From: Thermotogota bacterium
GTDB taxonomy: Bacteria > Thermotogota > Thermotogae > Petrotogales > Petrotogaceae
Assembly (NCBI GenBank): GCA_051748045.1
Contig: JBNJGY010000050.1
Span: 1 to 12,341, forward strand
Length of the DNA: 12,341 nt
Direction: 5' to 3'
Positions 8,334 to 12,341 of the stretch are shown here, one piece after another. A model generated the notes under the pieces. It made no database searches. It saw only the letters and a list, made by a program, of their open reading frames with translations, and was not told the DNA's origin. Made by a program: the position numbers and the translations under genes. Every line of letters begins with the position of its first letter. Within the stretch, counting starts at the first letter, position 1.

Positions 8334-8468
8334 TCCCCCTCCTTGTTATAAAATTCTCAAAGGAAGAGGGGAAAATATATCAAATCACGCACTATAAAGT
8401 GCGAGATGATTCCATTTATTTTCGTCTTCCTTTGATGTCAGAAATACTCCTTCACCTCAGGAAAAATA
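8334..8468 (-). ncRNA. Candidate cis-regulatory leader RNA of the hyd maturation operon (alternative anti-SD structures)
   Basis: Long imperfect hairpin 8357-8435 with an 11-bp perfect basal stem TCAAAGGAAGA/TCTTCCTTTGA and apical CGCACT/AGTGCG. Its 3' arm can instead pair with the SD. Pairings were found by eye. Confidence 0.55.
8343..8360. promoter_or_regulatory. Rex-like operator 2 (TTGTTAT-AAAA-TTCTCAA), abutting the SD of the first operon gene
   Basis: 18-bp 7-4-7 imperfect palindrome resembling the Rex consensus TTGTGAA/TTGTTAA-N4-TTCACAA/TTAACAA. Confidence 0.55.
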
Positions 8469-8473
8469 TTTAC

Positions 8474-8491
8474 TTGTTCAAATATTAACAA
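8474..8491. promoter_or_regulatory. Rex-like operator 1 (TTGTTCA-AATA-TTAACAA) overlapping the predicted transcription start
   Basis: 18-bp palindrome, one mismatch from TTGTTAA-N4-TTAACAA with an AT-only spacer, 4 nt downstream of the -10 element. Confidence 0.72.
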
Positions 8492-8495
8492 TCTC

Positions 8496-8504
8496 AGTAT
8501 AACA
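8496..8504 (-). promoter_or_regulatory. Extended -10 promoter (TGtTATACT) of the hyd maturation operon
   Basis: TGn-TATACT immediately downstream of the upstream gene's terminator. No clear -35. Confidence 0.6.
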
Positions 8505-8516
8505 ATCAAACTTTAC

Positions 8517-8563
8517 AAAAAAATTAAGAAAAGAATGATAAAATAAACCATTCTTTTCTTAAT
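8517..8563 (-). terminator. Rho-independent terminator of the small GNAT gene, insulating the hyd operon
   Basis: 15-bp perfect stem ATTAAGAAAAGAATG (8523-8537) / CATTCTTTTCTTAAT (8549-8563), followed by a T-run on the minus strand. Confidence 0.8.
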
Positions 8564-8571
8564 GATAAAAA

Positions 8572-9045
8572 TTATAGTTCTTTAGACATTCTATAATTTG
8601 TTATGTTGAAACCCATTTTTTTATACAATTCAAATGCTGATTCATTATGTCCAAAAACATGCAGATCTATCTTTTTAAAACCTTTTTCCTTTGCTGTTTC
8701 TTCGAGAACTTTCATAGCTTCTTTCCCATATCCTTTTCCTCTGAAATCTTCAAAAATAATTATATCTGCCAAAAAAGCTGTTTCTCCTTGTTCTATAAAC
8801 CAGATATAACCAATATGTTCCTTATTTTCAGATAAATAAATATTATACATATAGTTATTTTTAGTATCGGGTCCTTCAGGAAGCATTTTATCAAAAGTTT
8901 CTTTTGCTAAGTTATAGGCTTCTTTTTCAGACCAATTTCCAGATTTGACTTTTTCATCTGCATAGTTTTTAATTGCATAATCAGAATAATTCTTATAACT
9001 ATCTACATCCATTTTCAAAAATAAAACTTTACTTTCTCCCATCAT
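8572..9045 (-). CDS. GNAT family N-acetyltransferase (single domain, YycN-like)
   Basis: IIFEDFRGKGYGKEAM (motif A) and LHVFGHNESAFELYKKMGF (motif B). SD AAGGTG. Confidence 0.92.
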   Translation of the reverse strand: MMGESKVLFLKMDVDSYKNYSDYAIKNYADEKVKSGNWSEKEAYNLAKETFDKMLPEGPDTKNNYMYNIYLSENKEHIGYIWFIEQGETAFLADIIIFEDFRGKGYGKEAMKVLEETAKEKGFKKIDLHVFGHNESAFELYKKMGFNITNYRMSKEL

Positions 9046-9123
9046 AATCCCACCTTTTTTAAGAATTATTAATATTATAATATAAAAAATAAAATAATTT
9101 AAGTTACTTTTTATATACTACAA

Positions 9124-9132
9124 TGGTATAAT
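9124..9132 (+). promoter_or_regulatory. Extended -10 promoter element (TGGTATAAT) for the AI-2E gene
   Basis: Perfect TGn-TATAAT about 40 nt upstream of the start. Confidence 0.62.
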
Positions 9133-9171
9133 AAAATTGTGTCGATAATTTATTTTTAAGAGGTGTTTTTA

Positions 9172-10212
9172 GTGAGCAAAAGAATTGTTGCTGGGATATT
9201 TTCTATAATTTATATAAGCTTGTTTTTTTTAGTAGGAGTCTTCTCCATGAGAGTTTTTGCAACAATAGTTTTTTCACTTGGGATGGTTCTTGTAGTAAAA
9301 CTATTTTCTAAAATACTAAAAAAATATTTTGGAATACCTGATAAACTATCAATTTCAGTTTCACTTATTATTATTTTTGCAGGCTTAGCATTTTTATTGT
9401 TTTTTTTAATACCTATGGTATTTGGAGAAGTAAGAAATTTTGTTATGTTTATAAATAATTTCTTTGAAAATAGAGAGTGGGAAGGACTATTTACTACAGA
9501 TAATATATTACCAGAAAGCAATGTTTTTCCTGAAATAGAAAAAAATGTATCTGAATATTTATCTTCTTTGAGACCGAAAATTGTTGATTTTTTCAATCAA
9601 TGGATAGCTGAGTTACCAAATATTGGTCAACAATTAGGATCATTTGTTTTTTTCCATGTACTCATAACAATTTATCTGAGTTTTTATTTTGATACATTTA
9701 AAAAAAACATACATAAAATTTATCCCAAAAATGTACGTAATATAGCTACTAATTTTTTAAAAGATTTGCATATTAATTTAAATAATTTTGTAGTTTCAAC
9801 TATTTTTGCTTCTCTCTTTGTTGGTATTGGAGCTTTTGTTGCAATGAATTTTTTAGGTATAAGATATTCTCTTTTATTAAGTTTCTGGGCAGGATTAACC
9901 AATTTCATACCTATAGTTGGGGTTATTTTCGAATTTATTCCTTTGATAATTGTTGGTATTTCTAGTGGGCTTGTAAAGATGCTTATTTTACTTATTATAA
10001 TGGCAATACTACATGGAGCAGCTTTTATATTCTTTTTATACATAATGAAAGGTAAAGCAAGAATAAATCCAGTCGGGGTAATATTATCCATCCTTATTTT
10101 TGGAGCGGCCTTTGGTTTTATTGGTTCTCTAATAGCAGCTCCTGCGTCTTTAGTTATAAAAGTGCTTTGGATGCATTTTGTTCAACCAGAATTAGATAGT
10201 AAAAAAAGTTAA
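9172..10212 (+). CDS. AI-2E family (UPF0118/PerM) transporter
   Basis: Multi-TM protein with NFIPIVG, INPVGVILSILIFG and GFIGSLIAAP signatures. Start placed at GTG 9172, 6 nt after SD GAGGTG. Confidence 0.88.
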   Translation: MSKRIVAGIFSIIYISLFFLVGVFSMRVFATIVFSLGMVLVVKLFSKILKKYFGIPDKLSISVSLIIIFAGLAFLLFFLIPMVFGEVRNFVMFINNFFENREWEGLFTTDNILPESNVFPEIEKNVSEYLSSLRPKIVDFFNQWIAELPNIGQQLGSFVFFHVLITIYLSFYFDTFKKNIHKIYPKNVRNIATNFLKDLHINLNNFVVSTIFASLFVGIGAFVAMNFLGIRYSLLLSFWAGLTNFIPIVGVIFEFIPLIIVGISSGLVKMLILLIIMAILHGAAFIFFLYIMKGKARINPVGVILSILIFGAAFGFIGSLIAAPASLVIKVLWMHFVQPELDSKKS

Positions 10213-10222
10213 ATATAATATA

Positions 10223-10258
10223 AAAAAGGATATCTTTATTAATAAAGATATCCTTTTT
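10223..10258. terminator. Bidirectional intrinsic terminator between convergent AI-2E and YihY genes
   Basis: Perfect 36-bp palindrome AAAAAGGATATCTTTATT-AATAAAGATATCCTTTTT. Confidence 0.9.
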
Positions 10259-11111
10259 AATTACTGTTTAAATGCAAACAACCGTTTATCTCTGCTCCGA
10301 TAATAATCATAAGACTTGTTATATATACCCAAATAAGAGAAATTACAATACCTCCTAAACTACCATAAGTAGTGGAAAAAATATCAAAATTGTTAATATA
10401 ATCAGAAAATATAGAAGAGCTTATAATCCATCCAACCGTTGTGAATATAGAACCAGGCAAAGTGTAAATAAACTTAGTGCTTGTTCTTTTGTTGAAAGAG
10501 ATGCTAAATTTATACAGAAGTCCAAATATAAGTACCATAGAAACAAAAGGAATAATAATTCTCATGACATTCCAAAAAGAATAAAAAGAGCCATTAGCTT
10601 GTAACTCATTAAAAATCTCATTAGTAATAATCTCTCCAAAAACAAGAGTAAAAAGAACAATTATAATTAGAACTACCAGTAAAACTGTAAAAACAATAGA
10701 AATCAACTTCAATTTCCAATAAGGCAACTCTTCTTTAATACTGTAAGCCTTGTTGATTGATCTAATAATGGCTGTGATTCCAATAGAACCAGCCCAAATA
10801 GAAAATATCAAACTCACAGACAAAAGAGTCTGAGAACTAGAACTAATAGTCTCGTTAATAATAGTCTTCAAAATATCTTGTGTTTCAGGAGGTATCTCTA
10901 TCAAAATATTTTCTATAAAATCTTGATGAGCTATTGGAGTATATCTCAACAAATTAAAGAAAAAAATAAAAAACGGAAAAATAGACAACAAAAGAAAAAA
11001 AGATATATACCCAGCAATAAAGCCAATATCATCTTCTCTTGATTTAATATACAATTTTTTCACAAAATCAAAAAACTTATTATCTTCAAAACTCTTAAGA
11101 AAATTCTTCAT
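10257..11111 (-). CDS. YihY/virulence factor BrkB family membrane protein (284 aa)
   Basis: DD...AGYISFFLLLSIFP, INKAY, LPGS, TYGSLGGIV...WVY...IIIGAEIN motifs. Start ATG 11111 follows SD GGGGG. Confidence 0.92.
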   Translation of the reverse strand: MKNFLKSFEDNKFFDFVKKLYIKSREDDIGFIAGYISFFLLLSIFPFFIFFFNLLRYTPIAHQDFIENILIEIPPETQDILKTIINETISSSSQTLLSVSLIFSIWAGSIGITAIIRSINKAYSIKEELPYWKLKLISIVFTVLLVVLIIIVLFTLVFGEIITNEIFNELQANGSFYSFWNVMRIIIPFVSMVLIFGLLYKFSISFNKRTSTKFIYTLPGSIFTTVGWIISSSIFSDYINNFDIFSTTYGSLGGIVISLIWVYITSLMIIIGAEINGCLHLNSN

Positions 11112-11140
11112 AACATCCCCCAAATAAAAATCTTACTTAA

Positions 11141-11169
11141 ATTTTAATACAATTCTCTAATTTAGTCAA
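11141..11169 (-). promoter_or_regulatory. Sigma70-type promoter for the YihY gene
   Basis: TTGACT (11169-11164), 17-nt spacer, TAAAAT (11146-11141), about 30 nt upstream of the start. Confidence 0.7.
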
Positions 11170-11204
11170 AATATATTTCATTTTATCAGTTCCTATGAAT
11201 TATC

Positions 11205-11436
11205 TTATTTTAATCCGTTTAATCTTATTTCATTTAACTCATCTATTCCAAGAGTTTCATTTTGATATAGGTTTATAAATTCTTGAGATACGCTGTTATC
11301 AAAAATTATTATGTCGTCAGTATTAATCGTTACTTTTACTCCGTTTTTATATAGTTTTTTATGATGAAGCTCTTTTTAAATATATATTGCTAAAGGGGCA
11401 TATGTTGAGTTGAATTTCTTTATCTTTTAATAATTT
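11205..11436 (-). pseudogene. 3' remnant of an adenosine deaminase-family gene, frameshifted
   Basis: Frame A reads KLLKDKEIQLNICPFSNIYLKRASS* (stop 11359-11361). Frame B reads KKLYKNGVKVTINTDDIIIFDNSVSQEFINLY...ELNEIRLNGLK* (stop 11205-11207). These match the ADA motifs CPxSN and G(V)xVTINTDD. No start or SD is present. Confidence 0.82.
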
Positions 11437-11449
11437 TTTACTTATTTTT

Positions 11450-11473
11450 ATTATACCAATATATTGATATAAT
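11450..11473. promoter_or_regulatory. Back-to-back extended -10 elements: TGGTATAAT (-, 11450-11458) and TGATATAAT (+, 11465-11473)
   Basis: Both are TGn-TATAAT. Together they form a 24-bp near-palindrome between the pseudogene and the CPT-like gene. Confidence 0.55.
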
Positions 11474-11504
11474 ATATTTAATAAATGTTAGATAGGGGGA
11501 AATC

Positions 11505-12005
11505 ATGAATAAAGGACATATTATTTTCTTGAATGGAATTTCTAGCTCTGGAAAGACTACTCTTGCAAAAGAACTGTTTAAAAAACTACCAGACTATTTT
11601 CATGTTGGTTTGGATAATTTTGACAATTTTATAGATTCTATGGAAGATAGAAAGAATAAAAGGCTTATTCCTGTGGAAACGGAGTATTTTTTTCATAGGA
11701 ATATTGCCATGTTTTCTGATGAAGAAGTTGATTTGATAGTTGATCATGTTTTGTCTGATGAGTTTACTAAAAATGATTTTTTTGAGGTGTTTTCTGATTA
11801 TCCAGTTTTATATGTTGGCGTTTATTGCCCATTAGAGGAATTGATCAGAAGAGAAAAGCTTAGGGGGGATAGGCCCAAAGGACTTGCAGAACAACAATAT
11901 GACTTTGTTCATAAAGGTATAGAGTATGATGTTGAAGTTAATACTTTTTATGAAAACACTGAAGAATGTGTGAATAAAATCATTGATAAATTTCAATTGA
12001 ACTAA
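11505..12005 (+). CDS. Chloramphenicol phosphotransferase (CPT)-like P-loop kinase
   Basis: IIFLNGISSSGKTT Walker A, VGVYCPLEELIRREKLRGDRPKGLA lid, YDVEVNT. SD GGGGG. Confidence 0.85.
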   Translation: MNKGHIIFLNGISSSGKTTLAKELFKKLPDYFHVGLDNFDNFIDSMEDRKNKRLIPVETEYFFHRNIAMFSDEEVDLIVDHVLSDEFTKNDFFEVFSDYPVLYVGVYCPLEELIRREKLRGDRPKGLAEQQYDFVHKGIEYDVEVNTFYENTEECVNKIIDKFQLN

Positions 12006-12042
12006 AGCTAATATTTTGATATATTGGTTTTAGTTTTTATTT
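12000..12042 (+). terminator. Probable intrinsic terminator of the CPT-like gene
   Basis: 15-bp stem 12000-12014 / 12021-12035 with two G-U pairs, followed by a T-rich tract. Confidence 0.6.
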
Positions 12043-12179
12043 TCTTTGTGTAAGATTGAATATAATAAAGAAAAATTATCATAATGGAAAATAATCTAGT
12101 ATAATTGACTATAATCAATTAGATAAAAAAACTAAAATTATTCAAACTAAGAAATATAATTGTATCTGAGGTGATAATA

Positions 12180-12341
12180 ATGCTAAATAGTCTGAAATCT
12201 AAAATCTTATTTTTGGTAATTATATTAATTGTTATAATAGGCATGTTGGGGATTTTTTCTTCTTCTAGTCTTTATCAAATGACTAATGAAGTTAAATTAT
12301 TGGTATCAAATAATTATGATTCTATAAAAGCTCTAAATCAA
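12180..12341 (+). CDS. 5' end of a membrane sensor protein (histidine kinase or MCP with a four-helix-bundle sensor), running off the right edge
   Basis: SD GAGGTG, then MLNSLKSKILFLVIILIVIIGMLGIFSSSSLYQMTNEVKLLVSNNYDSIKALNQ. The SLKxK + TM helix + amphipathic helix with NYxS pattern resembles 4HB_MCP-type sensors. Confidence 0.7.
   Translation, partial: MLNSLKSKILFLVIILIVIIGMLGIFSSSSLYQMTNEVKLLVSNNYDSIKALNQ

Noticed and set aside
8357-8435. Long leader hairpin as an intrinsic terminator or MITE
   Set aside because: No immediate U-run after the stem, no target-site duplication, and no second copy in the window.
8400-8470. Known riboswitch identity (glycine-like GAAGGAG, T-box, SAM-I/III, yybP-ykoY-like GGAGUA)
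   Set aside because: Only short fragments resemble these. Diagnostic partners (CUCUCAGG, UGGNACC, GCAACC, GAGACC) are absent on the mRNA strand by eye. An Rfam search is still needed.
8603-10091. ORFs 8603-8809, 8647-8835, 9210-9596 and 9720-10091
   Set aside because: Antisense shadows of the GNAT and AI-2E genes.
10257-11111. Ribonuclease BN annotation
   Set aside because: Historical misannotation of the YihY family; this is a multi-pass membrane protein.
11505-12005. Bona fide chloramphenicol resistance gene
   Set aside because: Family-level motifs only; most CPT-like proteins have no demonstrated substrate.
1-12341. CRISPR arrays, IS elements, tRNA/rRNA, defence or toxin-antitoxin genes
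   Set aside because: No spaced direct repeats, transposase/integrase motifs, cloverleaf patterns or recognisable defence domains were seen.

Overview
Very AT-rich bacterial chromosomal window from an anaerobe. The style of signal peptides, SD sites and the TM1266-hydG gene pair suggests Thermotogota/Petrotogales (inference only). The core is a minus-strand [FeFe]-hydrogenase H-cluster maturation operon (TM1266-family regulator, hydG, hydE, hydF) with no hydrogenase structural gene in the window. Its ~165-nt leader is the most interesting element: it has an extended -10 promoter, two Rex-like 18-bp operators, and an RNA segment that can fold into mutually exclusive structures that expose or hide the Shine-Dalgarno site, making it a candidate uncharacterised translational switch. 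The flanks carry two GNAT acetyltransferases, a gamma-glutamylcyclotransferase-zupT pair, a 570-aa exported protein of unknown function, an AI-2E transporter, a YihY/BrkB protein and a CPT-like P-loop kinase. Not in the ORF track: a frameshifted adenosine deaminase 3' remnant (11205-11436), a 24-aa sORF coupled to a truncated membrane protein gene at the left edge, and the 5' end of a membrane sensor protein at the right edge. No mobile element, CRISPR array, rRNA or tRNA was seen.
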